Virus record (IMG/VR): IMGVR_UViG_3300003320_000433
Strand: one strand, 5' to 3'
Length of the DNA: 64,000 nucleotides
DNA from: an uncultured virus (IMG/VR IMGVR_UViG_3300003320_000433)
Lineage: Duplodnaviria > Heunggongvirae > Uroviricota > Caudoviricetes
The notes beneath the pieces are model-generated. The model saw nothing but the letters and a program-made list of their open reading frames with translations, did not search any database and was not told the DNA's origin. Position numbers and translations under genes: made by a program. Shown one piece after another: positions 55,081 to 64,000 of the stretch. Position 1 is the stretch's first letter. Each line of letters starts with the position of its first letter.

Positions 55081-55852
55081 AGCCATCAGGTCTGTAAGGG
55101 GTCAGAAGGCGAAGATCCACATGACCCTTGTCGCGGACGCGGGCTGGGGCAAGACGGTGTTCGGCGGATCGGACGAGGGCGTGCTGTTCCTCACGTGCGA
55201 CCCCGAGGGCACGATCTCGGCAGGAGCCCTCGGCTCAACCGCCCAGGAGTGGCCCATCAAGACGTACAAGGACCTGGACGAGGCGTACCGATGGCTCCGT
55301 GATGAGGGCCACGAAGAGTTCGACTGGGTGTGCGTCGACACCGTCGGCGGAGCCCAGCGGATCTTGCAGCGTTCGGCGCTGGACCTCTCGTACGCTGCCA
55401 ACCCTGGCAAGCGCGACCCCGACGTGCCGTCCATGGACGTGCACCAGAAGGCGCAGATCCAGACCATCAAGTTCATCATGCAGTTCAACGACCTGCCGAT
55501 GAACACGCTCTTCACCGCGCACCCGATGCATCTGGAGGACGGCGAGGGCGAGCCCTACATCCTCCCGTACGTGCACGGCGGTCGTGGCGAAGTCGCCCAG
55601 CAAGCGCTCGGACACATGAACGTGGCCGGGTACGGGGTCATGGCGGAAGACGACAACGGTCGCGAGGTGCGTCGTGTCTACTTCCGCAACACCGGTCCGT
55701 ACCGGGGCAAGGATCGCTTCAACAAGCTTCCTCGCTCTCTCGACAAGCCGACCCTCGCTCAGATCCGCGAGATCATCGAGGCTCCGGCTGCCCGCCCGGT
55801 CCGCAAGACGACGGCCAAGAAGACGGCCGCTCGTCGTACCACCTCTCAGTAA
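55067..55852 (+). CDS. Sak4-like (AAA_24) ATPase / recombinase
   Basis: ADAGWGKT, DPEG, VCVDT, FTAH, GKDR. Confidence 0.75.
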   Translation: MARPKAIRSVRGQKAKIHMTLVADAGWGKTVFGGSDEGVLFLTCDPEGTISAGALGSTAQEWPIKTYKDLDEAYRWLRDEGHEEFDWVCVDTVGGAQRILQRSALDLSYAANPGKRDPDVPSMDVHQKAQIQTIKFIMQFNDLPMNTLFTAHPMHLEDGEGEPYILPYVHGGRGEVAQQALGHMNVAGYGVMAEDDNGREVRRVYFRNTGPYRGKDRFNKLPRSLDKPTLAQIREIIEAPAARPVRKTTAKKTAARRTTSQ

Positions 55853-55867
55853 CCAGGAGCACTGCAT

Positions 55868-56731
55868 ATGCCCAAGATGAAGTTCGGTGTGAGCGACAAG
55901 GTCTCCACCGACTCCGGCTTCACTCCGTACGAGGGACCGCTGCCGAAGCCGGGTGTCATCTACCCGGTCGTGCAGAAGTCGGCCACTGTCCGGCTGACCG
56001 GCGAGAACTCCAAGAACCCCGGCACGGAGTACATCAACTCCATGTGGGAGGTCGAGTCCGGTGAGTGCAAGGGCTTCACGGCCTGGCACCGGCTCATCCC
56101 CGGCGAGCACGAGATCCAGCAGACCCGGATCGCCCAGTACATGCAGGCCGTCTGCGGCAAGAACAGCGGCGACGTCGTGCACGAGTCCGTCGAGGACGGG
56201 GGCAAGATCTCCAAGATCGGCGGTCGCAAGCCCGAGGGCGTCCGTGCCGGCATGACGTTCCAGCGCAAGAAGGACACGCGCAACGCCATCGAGGGCGAGG
56301 AGACGCCCTGGATCGCGGAGTCGGCCGACATCATCCCCGGCTGGAAGCCCAAGTCCAAGGTCGAGGCCGAGGACGAGGAGCCGGAGGAGGACGAGGTCGA
56401 AGACGAGGTCGAAGACGACGAGGACGACGTCGAGGAGCCCGAGGACGACGAGGCGGAAGAGGACGACGAGGACGCGGAGGACGACGAGGACTCCGACGAG
56501 GAGGACGAGGACGAGCCGGAGGACGCCGACGAGGACGAGGAGGAGGGCGTCCCGTACGAGACGGCCGCCAAGATGTCCCTCGTGGAGCTGAAGAAGCTCG
56601 CCAAGCAGTACGAGTACGAGGACTCGGACCTCAACCCTTTCAAGGGTCCCGCTGGTAAGAAGAAGCTCCTCGCCAAGCTCGTCGAGGACGAGATCGTCGT
56701 CCAGGACGGCGACGACGAGCCGCCGTTCTAA
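55868..56731 (+). CDS. probable single-stranded DNA-binding protein with long acidic tract
   Basis: Follows the Sak4-like gene; C-terminal DDEPPF. Confidence 0.6.
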   Translation: MPKMKFGVSDKVSTDSGFTPYEGPLPKPGVIYPVVQKSATVRLTGENSKNPGTEYINSMWEVESGECKGFTAWHRLIPGEHEIQQTRIAQYMQAVCGKNSGDVVHESVEDGGKISKIGGRKPEGVRAGMTFQRKKDTRNAIEGEETPWIAESADIIPGWKPKSKVEAEDEEPEEDEVEDEVEDDEDDVEEPEDDEAEEDDEDAEDDEDSDEEDEDEPEDADEDEEEGVPYETAAKMSLVELKKLAKQYEYEDSDLNPFKGPAGKKKLLAKLVEDEIVVQDGDDEPPF

Positions 56732-56901
56732 CCGGCGCGCGTCCGCAACACCCTGAGAGGCCCCAAGGCGACCCGCTACGGGGCCTCTCGCACGCTTTCA
56801 CCCTGGGGTCGGTCAAAGGGGCCGACCCCGCCCGGAGGAGCCCTTACGCGGGCTCCTACTGATTCCGGTCTGAGTGGACCGGAGAAGGAGTTGCAGTTCC
56901 C

Positions 56902-57615
56902 ATGGCGGATCTGAGCAAGGGTTACACCACGCAGGTCGTCGATGTCGACTACGCGCAGCTGCAGACCATCACGCCGGACGACGGCTGGAGCCCGCTCGAC
57001 TCGGTCGAGGTCCTGGAGATGGGCCTGGGCTGGGACAAGTCCACGGGCGGCCACGGTGGAGCGCTGGGCTGGCTGAGCCGGAAGGTCGGGTCCGACCTGG
57101 ACGGCGTCGGCACGTTCTACTCCGGACCCAAGCCGGTCAAGTACCTCGGCTGGGACGAACTGGACGCCTTCGCCAACGAGGGCTCTGCGGCCGGTTCGGC
57201 CACGCACACCGGTGACAACCAGACGGGCGAGGGAGCGGGCGACGACGAGACGCTCCGCCTGGAGTTCAAGCGGATCCCGATCCGCATCACGGACATCGTC
57301 CTCAACGCTGCCGCGTTCAAGAAGGGCAGCGACATGAAGCGGGCCAAGAACATCACGGTCACGCTGTACGACTCCACCGGCGGCACCAAGAGCCCCGTGG
57401 CCTGGATCGAGCCGAGCCTGTACAAGCCGAAGAACACCATCGCCGTGGCACACATCCGCCGGAAGCGCGACGCCGAGGGCAAGGTCATCCAGGGTGCGGC
57501 CGGTGGCTGGGAGCTCAAGGTCATCGACACGTCCGTGGACGTCAAGCAGGGCGACCGCGACGACTTCCTCCTGAAGTCCGGCCAGATGGTCGGCATCGCC
57601 GTCTCGGCTGGCTGA
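56902..57615 (+). CDS. TerD/TerZ-family protein
   Basis: MGLGWD, DLD, HTGDNQTGEGAGDDETL. Confidence 0.85.
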   Translation: MADLSKGYTTQVVDVDYAQLQTITPDDGWSPLDSVEVLEMGLGWDKSTGGHGGALGWLSRKVGSDLDGVGTFYSGPKPVKYLGWDELDAFANEGSAAGSATHTGDNQTGEGAGDDETLRLEFKRIPIRITDIVLNAAAFKKGSDMKRAKNITVTLYDSTGGTKSPVAWIEPSLYKPKNTIAVAHIRRKRDAEGKVIQGAAGGWELKVIDTSVDVKQGDRDDFLLKSGQMVGIAVSAG

Positions 57616-57704
57616 GCCGAGCCCTGAACACCGCGCTCCGGCTACTTCTCTGCATCCGAGCAGGGGAGCTGGACGAGTCGGAGCGCGGGATTGAGGGAGG
57701 TGGC

Positions 57705-58052
57705 ATGGACGTCTATTACAAGATCGACCCGCGTGAAGGCAATCTGCCGAAGTGGGTTCAGGACCATTTGAACTCGCTGCGTGCTTCAATCCGAACCATG
57801 CAGAAGGCACTTGAACAGGATGTGAACGACAGCAACACCTTCCTCCAGTGCCAACACCCCATTGAGAATGAGGCGTTGGGCAAGGACTCGCGAATCATCT
57901 TCAAGGTGAGCAACGCGAAGAACAGCAGCTGGGCAGACCAGTTCACTGTGCACATCGAGGGCGACACGCTGAAGATCTACGCGGCCACAACCGTGCTGAT
58001 CAAGCCGACGTCCTCGAATCTGCTGGAGATTCGCATGGAGGACAGGCGGTGA
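57705..58052 (+). CDS. hypothetical protein
   Basis: GGAGGTG RBS. Confidence 0.65.
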   Translation: MDVYYKIDPREGNLPKWVQDHLNSLRASIRTMQKALEQDVNDSNTFLQCQHPIENEALGKDSRIIFKVSNAKNSSWADQFTVHIEGDTLKIYAATTVLIKPTSSNLLEIRMEDRR

Positions 58053-58234
58053 AGAACTACAAGCCGGTCTGGTACAACGAACGTGGCGAGGTCACGACGT
58101 CGGTCGTCTCGTACAGTGAGGATGGTGCAAACGACCGCGCCGACGAGCTGGAGGAGGACGGCTTCGAGATCATCGACGTCGTAGAGTGCAAGCCGGGCAC
58201 TCCGCCCGAAGTCGTGGAAGGATGGTTCAAGTGA
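58049..58234 (+). CDS. hypothetical protein
   Basis: GTGA overlaps on both sides. Confidence 0.6.
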   Translation: MKNYKPVWYNERGEVTTSVVSYSEDGANDRADELEEDGFEIIDVVECKPGTPPEVVEGWFK

Positions 58235-58788
58235 GCGACCCGCGAGTCATCTGGTGGCTCGATCCCAGGCCGACCATGACGCTCGACTGCCTCATGGACG
58301 ACGCCCTCAAGGACATGGTGAAGCTGCTCGGGTCGGCACACAGCCGGTTCGATGGCGGAGCCGAGAAGCTGCCCGCTGCTGAGCAGGGATGGAAGGACAG
58401 GCATCTCGCTCTGCTGGTGTACGGCGCGCTGTCGTGCCAGGAGCTCCGGCTGAATCGCTATGACGACGTCGGCTGGTTCTGGCAATTCGCCAATGCAGGA
58501 CGGGACTTGGTCCGCAGAGGCCACGTGTTCGACATGCCGGCATGGTTCGAGGACGAGCACATCATGCAGTCGCATTGGTCGGCTGGCCGTCGGCACAAAG
58601 CGATCGTGGCGGACCTGAAGGTACCATGGCCTCAGGTCGACGAGTACTGGCCGATCCTGTGGCCCGTGCCCATCGAGGGTGGTGGATACGAACTCAGGAT
58701 CAACAAGCAAGACCGAGAGGCCATGAAGGTGGATGACCTCTGGCTGCCCGATGAAGTGAGACACAGGGTGGTGAACATCGATGGATGA
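58231..58788 (+). CDS. possible pyrimidine-dimer glycosylase-like (MSMEG_6728-like) protein
   Basis: W....LALLVYGALSCQE and MPAWFEDEHIMQSH..LWP resemble that family; divergent. Confidence 0.45.
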   Translation: MSDPRVIWWLDPRPTMTLDCLMDDALKDMVKLLGSAHSRFDGGAEKLPAAEQGWKDRHLALLVYGALSCQELRLNRYDDVGWFWQFANAGRDLVRRGHVFDMPAWFEDEHIMQSHWSAGRRHKAIVADLKVPWPQVDEYWPILWPVPIEGGGYELRINKQDREAMKVDDLWLPDEVRHRVVNIDG

Positions 58789-59014
58789 CCCGGACGCGTT
58801 CAGATTCCTCGGTACACGGATCAAGCTGGCCCGAGAGAACGGCAACCATCAACTCGTAGATGCTCTGCTCGACTTGTGGATCGAGCACAGCACACTGGCT
58901 ACCGACTGGGACGCAGTCCAGTGGGGAATCGACCCGAAGATGTGGGCCGACCCTCGCGACATCGCGGCCTTCAGGCGGATGGGGCATCCGGGAACGTCGA
59001 GGCTGAAACTGTGA
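58781..59014 (+). CDS. hypothetical protein
   Basis: Overlaps neighbours. Confidence 0.55.
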   Translation: MDDPDAFRFLGTRIKLARENGNHQLVDALLDLWIEHSTLATDWDAVQWGIDPKMWADPRDIAAFRRMGHPGTSRLKL

Positions 59015-59187
59015 GCCTCGTCTGCTGCCTCGCTCCCGAGCCGGGATGCATCTGCGAGAAGAACAAGTCGTGCGGCGGAATTCACGTGATAGACTCACAG
59101 TGCGTTCCGCACGCAAGGGCGGGCCAGGTAAGGTCTCGCATCCATGAGGTCGGACAGCGACCGACAGAGACAGTGGAGATCAAGTGA
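59011..59187 (+). CDS. small Cys-rich protein
   Basis: GTGA overlaps. Confidence 0.45.
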   Translation: MSLVCCLAPEPGCICEKNKSCGGIHVIDSQCVPHARAGQVRSRIHEVGQRPTETVEIK

Positions 59188-59948
59188 AGGTTCTGATCCT
59201 GGGCTGTGGCCCTGCAGGTCTGATCGCTGCGCATGCGGCGTACAACCGGGGTGCCGACTTCGTCGTCATGTCCAAGGCTCGTAAGTCGTACATGAATGGA
59301 GCTCAGTACCTGCACGCGCCGATTCCTGGCGTGTCGCTGGCGGATCCGTTCCTGATCAACTACGAGATCAGTGGCAGCGTGGCCGGGTACCGGGACAAGG
59401 TGTACGGGCCGGACGCCAAGGTCGAGGTCAGCCCCGAGACGCTCGTGGGTCGGCATCTCGCATGGGACATTCGCGAGGCATACGACAGCCTGTGGGGCCT
59501 GTATGGATCGGACGTGCAGGAGGTCACGATCACGCCGACGATTCTGTCGAAGGTGATTCGTGAATGGAATCCGGACGCGGTCATCTCGACCATTCCGGCG
59601 CACATCCTCTGCTACAACGGGAAGCACAAGTTCGAGTCCGAGCTCGTGTGGGCCACGAACTCCCTGGAATGCCAGCTGTCAGACAACACGGTGATGTGCA
59701 ACGGAGAGCCGAGCTTCGACTGGTACAGGGCATCGAAGATCCAGGGCTTCACCAACACCGAGTGGCCGCACGACAAGTATCCGGCAACCTACAACGGCCA
59801 GATCTGGCGCGTGACCAAGCCGCTCAGCACCAACTGCCGATGCTTCCCGCAGGTTCACCGGGTCGGCCGGTACGGTAAGTGGACCAAGGGCGTTCTCTCG
59901 CACGAGGCGTGGGAGGAAGCCAACAAGATCATGGATGGGATCGTCTGA
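59184..59948 (+). CDS. FAD/NAD-binding oxidoreductase
   Basis: ILGCGPAGL Rossmann motif, GAQYLH, VISTIP, VGRYGKW. Confidence 0.8.
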   Translation: MKVLILGCGPAGLIAAHAAYNRGADFVVMSKARKSYMNGAQYLHAPIPGVSLADPFLINYEISGSVAGYRDKVYGPDAKVEVSPETLVGRHLAWDIREAYDSLWGLYGSDVQEVTITPTILSKVIREWNPDAVISTIPAHILCYNGKHKFESELVWATNSLECQLSDNTVMCNGEPSFDWYRASKIQGFTNTEWPHDKYPATYNGQIWRVTKPLSTNCRCFPQVHRVGRYGKWTKGVLSHEAWEEANKIMDGIV

Positions 59949-60602
59949 ATGTATCGATCGAGGCGACCGGGTCCAGACGCACCGCTGGTTGCGCTGGACC
60001 TCGACGGGACGCTCGGCGATTACCACAGGCATTTCGAGATGTTCGCTCAAATGTGGACGGGTCGAGATGTCGTGTGGAATCCCGAGATCGTCGGGCCGTT
60101 CTACAAGCAGCTCGGAATGAGCAGAGCTGTATATCGCCAGTGCAAGCTGGCATACAGGATGGGTGGCATGAAGCGCTCCATCCCCGTATTCGAGGGGGCG
60201 AGCGATCTCACCAGAGCGATACGTGGCGCGGGTGTGCGCATTGCGGCGTGCACAACTCGGCCGTATCTGCACATGTCCACGATCGACCTGGACACCCAGC
60301 ACTGGCTCAAGCGCAACGGGATCCAGGTCGACCACATCCTGTACGGAGAGCACAAGTACAGGGACCTCGTCAAGTCCGTCGGCAGGCAGCGAATCGTGTG
60401 CGCGCTTGACGACGACATCAGCCAGCTGACCGTGGCCAGTCGCGTCGGCATCGTTCCGCTGCTCCGGCAGAACACGGCCAACAAGCTCTACGAACCGTCC
60501 AACGGCATGATGGCCGTCTGGACTCTCAAGGCAGCACAGGAGACCATCCTGGAGCTGATCGACATGCACAAGAATGGAACTGGGTTCTATGCGGATCGCT
60601 GA
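59949..60602 (+). CDS. HAD-superfamily phosphatase (5'-nucleotidase-like)
   Basis: ALDLDGTL, CTTRP, K, ALDDD (motifs I-IV). Confidence 0.85.
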   Translation: MYRSRRPGPDAPLVALDLDGTLGDYHRHFEMFAQMWTGRDVVWNPEIVGPFYKQLGMSRAVYRQCKLAYRMGGMKRSIPVFEGASDLTRAIRGAGVRIAACTTRPYLHMSTIDLDTQHWLKRNGIQVDHILYGEHKYRDLVKSVGRQRIVCALDDDISQLTVASRVGIVPLLRQNTANKLYEPSNGMMAVWTLKAAQETILELIDMHKNGTGFYADR

Positions 60603-61626
60603 CAACTCCATGGGCACCGGGATCGCCATCGAACGCGAGGAAGGCGACAGCCAGGAGCTCAACGTCATCGCCACGCGGATCATGCCCGAGTGGCTTGCTC
60701 TGTTCGCCCAGAAGAACCGGGACTACGGATCCGGCTCGGCCTACGAGCTCGGGGTGCGCGGGCAGTACTCCGACATCCACCGGAAGATGATCAAGCTCAA
60801 GCGGGCCATGTGGGACGGCCACGACCTCGACTTCGAGGACACCGACGAGATCATCAAGGACCTGATCAGCCACCTCTTCCTCACGCTGCACATGTTCGGA
60901 CTCCAGCGTGAGGCGGAGCAGGCGTACGTCTACACCGAGGACGACGCCGCCGTGGACGCCTTCTTCCGGATGGTCGGAGGCGACGCGGAGAACGCGCTCA
61001 AGATGTCCGGCGTTCTCACGGAGCCGTTCAAGCGGCTGGTCCGGGAGCGCGCCACGAAGATGCTCTCGGAGGAGCAGGCCGAACACGCTGCATCCCTGGG
61101 CGACGGCGAGGACAACAAGCCGGACGTCTCGCTCTGGCTCAGGGAGCACAAGTCTGCTCCTCGGGATGGATATCCCTCGATCGGCGACTGGGCTGCCAGG
61201 CAGCAGGCCGAGATGGCCGAGCGGCTGAAGCGCGGCACGGACGAGGCCCTCTACGGGGCGCGAGAGGCCCGTAGGCGAGCGCGGGAGGACGCCGGGTCGC
61301 CCGGTGAGCCCGACAGCTCGGAGCGAGCCTTCGAAGCCGCCTACGGCTTCCGGGCCGACGGATCGGACTTCGCCTCTGAGGAGTTCGCCCAGGGCGACTT
61401 CGAGCAGGCGTTCGGTCCGGCCAAGGTCGGTCCGGCCCGCATCGTCACCGAGTACGTGGACGGGCGCGTGCAGTACTTCCACGAGCCGTACCCCGGTGCC
61501 GACCGCGAGCCACTGGCTCTCGTGCCCAAGGCTCTGATCGAGCGTGCACAGAAGGACCAGCACGTGATGTCCAAGGAGCAGGAGGCCGGGCTCCGCACGC
61601 TGGCTGACTGGGCCAACAACCAGTAA
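60574..61626 (+). CDS. nucleotide-modification-associated (Nmad1/DUF1599-like) domain protein
   Basis: FAQKNRDYG....GVRG...IHRKMIKLK...DL. Confidence 0.6.
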   Translation: MELGSMRIADNSMGTGIAIEREEGDSQELNVIATRIMPEWLALFAQKNRDYGSGSAYELGVRGQYSDIHRKMIKLKRAMWDGHDLDFEDTDEIIKDLISHLFLTLHMFGLQREAEQAYVYTEDDAAVDAFFRMVGGDAENALKMSGVLTEPFKRLVRERATKMLSEEQAEHAASLGDGEDNKPDVSLWLREHKSAPRDGYPSIGDWAARQQAEMAERLKRGTDEALYGAREARRRAREDAGSPGEPDSSERAFEAAYGFRADGSDFASEEFAQGDFEQAFGPAKVGPARIVTEYVDGRVQYFHEPYPGADREPLALVPKALIERAQKDQHVMSKEQEAGLRTLADWANNQ

Positions 61627-61706
61627 GCCAGCAACCACCGCAAGACCGGGCCGACCGTCTGCCACCCCTCCGGTGGACGGTCGGCCCTCTGCATGAAAGG
61701 ACAACC

Positions 61707-61970
61707 ATGTCTGGAGCCCCCAGCAGAGCGACTATCACTTGGCTATTGGACGAGATCCTTCGGGCCAAATCCGAAATGGATGCCGGCAACAAGGACCGGT
61801 ATATTCGGGGACGACACGTGGCGCTGTGTGAGGCGGCCAGCCGCATATGCCAGGTGTCGCGAAGGGACTTGGACGCGTACCTCGAATGGCTTGAGCAACA
61901 GGTCACCGAGGGCAATCGGATAGGCGCTGTGCTGGAGCCTTCTCCATGGGTGAGGATCAACTGCAAATGA
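61707..61970 (+). CDS. hypothetical protein
   Basis: AAAGGA RBS. Confidence 0.6.
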   Translation: MSGAPSRATITWLLDEILRAKSEMDAGNKDRYIRGRHVALCEAASRICQVSRRDLDAYLEWLEQQVTEGNRIGAVLEPSPWVRINCK

Positions 61971-64000
61971 AGTATGTCTCTCTGCATCACCACTCAACAT
62001 ATTCATACATGGACGGATACGGATCGCCGGATGCGCACGCCAAGCGCGCTGCAGATCTGGGCATGTCGGCTCTCGCCCTGACGGAGCACGGCAACATCTC
62101 GTCGCACGTCAAGCACATGCTGTCGTGCCAGAAGTATGGGGTGAAGCCGCTGTTCGGCCTGGAGGCGTATACCGCTCCGGCCAACATGCGCGAGATGGAA
62201 TGGGTGGACAAGACCGGCAAGATCCGCGTCGGCATGTCGCAGAAGGCGCACCTCACTCTGCTCGCGATGGACGAGACGGGGTTGCACAACCTGAACCAGA
62301 TCGTGACGAGGTCCTGGGCTGAGGGGTTCTACCGCTGGCCGACCGTCACCGGGCAGATGCTCAAGGACCACCACGAGGGTCTCATTTGCCTGTCGGGCTG
62401 TGCGGACTCGATGCTCGCCAACAACCTGCTCGGCGGTAAGTGGATCCGCCAGGGAGATGAGCGTGCAGCGCTCAAGACGATGCGCAGCTTCCAGAAACTG
62501 TTCGGTGATCGCTATTACTTGGAGACGCAGCAGTTCCCCGAGCTCGCACGGTCTGGCCAGCTGAACCAGTGGTATGAGCAGCAGGGCAAGAAGTACGGCA
62601 TCAAGCTCGCAGCCACGTCAGACTGCCACTATCCGTTCCCAGACGACAACGAGATGCAGAAGATCCTGCATGCTGCAGGTCGTAACATCGGAACCGTGGC
62701 GGCAGCAGAGGCGGGCTGGGAGTACGACATCCGCCTGACATTCCCAACATCTGACGAGATGATCTACGAACGCCTGCGAGCCACGGGCCTGAGCAAGTCC
62801 GGAGCCGAACAGGCCATTGCTTCCACATCTGAGATCGCTGAGCGATGCAATGTGCTGCTTCCGAAGATGGACCGGGTTCGCTATCCGATCGACCAGGAGC
62901 CGGGTTACCGAGAGGGCATGTCCTCGGTCGACATGATTCGCAAGTGGATGAACGACGGCTGGAAGTATCGAGGATTCAACAAGTTCCCGCGCGACAGGCA
63001 GCTCAACTACAAGGCACGTGCCGAGTACGAGCTCGACCTGATCGTGCAGAAGGACTTTGTCGACTACTTCCTGATGCTGTCGGATGCCGTTCGCCACACC
63101 AAGGATGCCGGCATTCCGGTTGGACCTGCACGTGGCTCAGCGGCGGCATCGCTCGTGTGCTATCTGCTGCGGATCACCGAGATCGACCCGATGCTCTATC
63201 CGCAGATGATGTTCGAGCGCTTCATTGACCCGAACAGGCACGACCTGCCGGATGTCGACCTCGACTTCGATGACGAGCGACGCGACTATGTCCGCCAGCA
63301 CATGATCAAGCGCTACGGGGCAGACCGCGTCGGCAACATCGGAACCTACACTCGCTATCGCGGCAAGAACGCGGTCGACGATGTGGCGCGGGTGTACGAG
63401 ATCCCCAAGTTCAAGGCGGAGCAGGTCAAGGAGGTCATCGTCGAGCGGTCGGGCGGTGACAGCCGGTTCGACGCATCGCTGGCCGATACCGTGGAGGCTT
63501 TCCCACAGGCCAAGGAGGTGTTCGACGAATACCCCGATCTGCACCGCGCCATTCAGCTGGAGGGCAATCTCAAGGGGTTCGGCGTTCATGCGGCCGGTGT
63601 GGTCGTCGGAGCCAAGCCGCTCCACGAATACGTCGCCACGTACTCCAAGGAGAATGTAGGCAAGGAGAAGAAGACGCTGGCAGTGCTTTCCGTCGACAAG
63701 TACGACGGCGAGTATCTCGGCCTGCTGAAACTGGACGCCCTCGGCCTCCAGACGATGGGCATGATTCGCATCGCTCTCGATCTGATCGGGATGTCGCTGG
63801 AGGATCTGTATGCAATTTCGATGGAGGATGAGAAAACACTCGACGCATTCCGCCGGGCTGACGTTGTTGGCATCTTCCAGTTCGAGGGTCGTACTACTCG
63901 TATGGTCTGCCAGGAAGTGGCACCCACGACATTCCTCGAACTGTGTGATATCAATGCGCTCTCACGGCCTGGGCCGCTTCACTCTGGTTCGACTGGAGAC
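61967..64000 (+). CDS. dnaE: DNA polymerase III alpha subunit, truncated by the window end
   Basis: SLHHHSTYSYMDG, LTEHG (PHP); GPARGSAAASLVCYLLRIT; FERF...PDVDLDF; HAAGVV; LKLDALGL. Absent from the ORF track because it is open-ended. Confidence 0.93.
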   Translation, partial: MKYVSLHHHSTYSYMDGYGSPDAHAKRAADLGMSALALTEHGNISSHVKHMLSCQKYGVKPLFGLEAYTAPANMREMEWVDKTGKIRVGMSQKAHLTLLAMDETGLHNLNQIVTRSWAEGFYRWPTVTGQMLKDHHEGLICLSGCADSMLANNLLGGKWIRQGDERAALKTMRSFQKLFGDRYYLETQQFPELARSGQLNQWYEQQGKKYGIKLAATSDCHYPFPDDNEMQKILHAAGRNIGTVAAAEAGWEYDIRLTFPTSDEMIYERLRATGLSKSGAEQAIASTSEIAERCNVLLPKMDRVRYPIDQEPGYREGMSSVDMIRKWMNDGWKYRGFNKFPRDRQLNYKARAEYELDLIVQKDFVDYFLMLSDAVRHTKDAGIPVGPARGSAAASLVCYLLRITEIDPMLYPQMMFERFIDPNRHDLPDVDLDFDDERRDYVRQHMIKRYGADRVGNIGTYTRYRGKNAVDDVARVYEIPKFKAEQVKEVIVERSGGDSRFDASLADTVEAFPQAKEVFDEYPDLHRAIQLEGNLKGFGVHAAGVVVGAKPLHEYVATYSKENVGKEKKTLAVLSVDKYDGEYLGLLKLDALGLQTMGMIRIALDLIGMSLEDLYAISMEDEKTLDAFRRADVVGIFQFEGRTTRMVCQEVAPTTFLELCDINALSRPGPLHSGSTGD

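Noticed and set aside
56360..56545. GAC/GAG low-complexity repeats (also 24230-24330)
   Set aside because: They encode acidic tracts of the SSB-like and scaffold proteins.
1..64000. Integrase, att sites, tRNA genes or host flanks
   Set aside because: None recognised, so lifestyle and prophage status cannot be determined from this window.

Overview
The whole window looks like one high-GC tailed dsDNA phage genome, siphovirus-like and probably infecting Streptomyces or a relative (inference from gene content). No integrase, tRNA or CRISPR array is visible. Layout: (1) 1-4050 (+) end of a DNA-metabolism arm (HNH, RuvC-like resolvase, DinG helicase). (2) ~4800-32060 (-) virion operon: terminases, portal, MuF, scaffold, capsid, neck and tail genes with a -1 frameshifted chaperone, a short tape measure, tail proteins and lysis genes, ending in three glycosyltransferases and two methyltransferases. 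(3) 32630-36470 (+) primase-helicase and a Mec+-like JAB peptidase. (4) ~36700-50500 early/accessory small genes behind 13 of the ~15 copies of one promoter motif. (5) 50500-64000 (+) dCMP deaminase, SNF2 helicase, Cas4-like nuclease, Sak4-like ATPase, SSB, TerD, a possible nucleotide-modification cluster and a DnaE-type polymerase running off the window. The main finding is seven intact type II hammerhead ribozymes between 41.6 and 48.2 kb. All are on the coding strand, intergenic, and fused to the ribosome-binding site of the next gene. Two of them would form the 3' ends of a pair of paralogous, covarying ~370 and ~450 nt non-coding RNAs with their own promoters. Also notable: strong over-representation of the palindrome TGCCGGCA, and a CysO-like VAGG motif in the capsid leader alongside the JAB peptidase. 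All calls are by eye from motifs and synteny; no database search or folding program was run.
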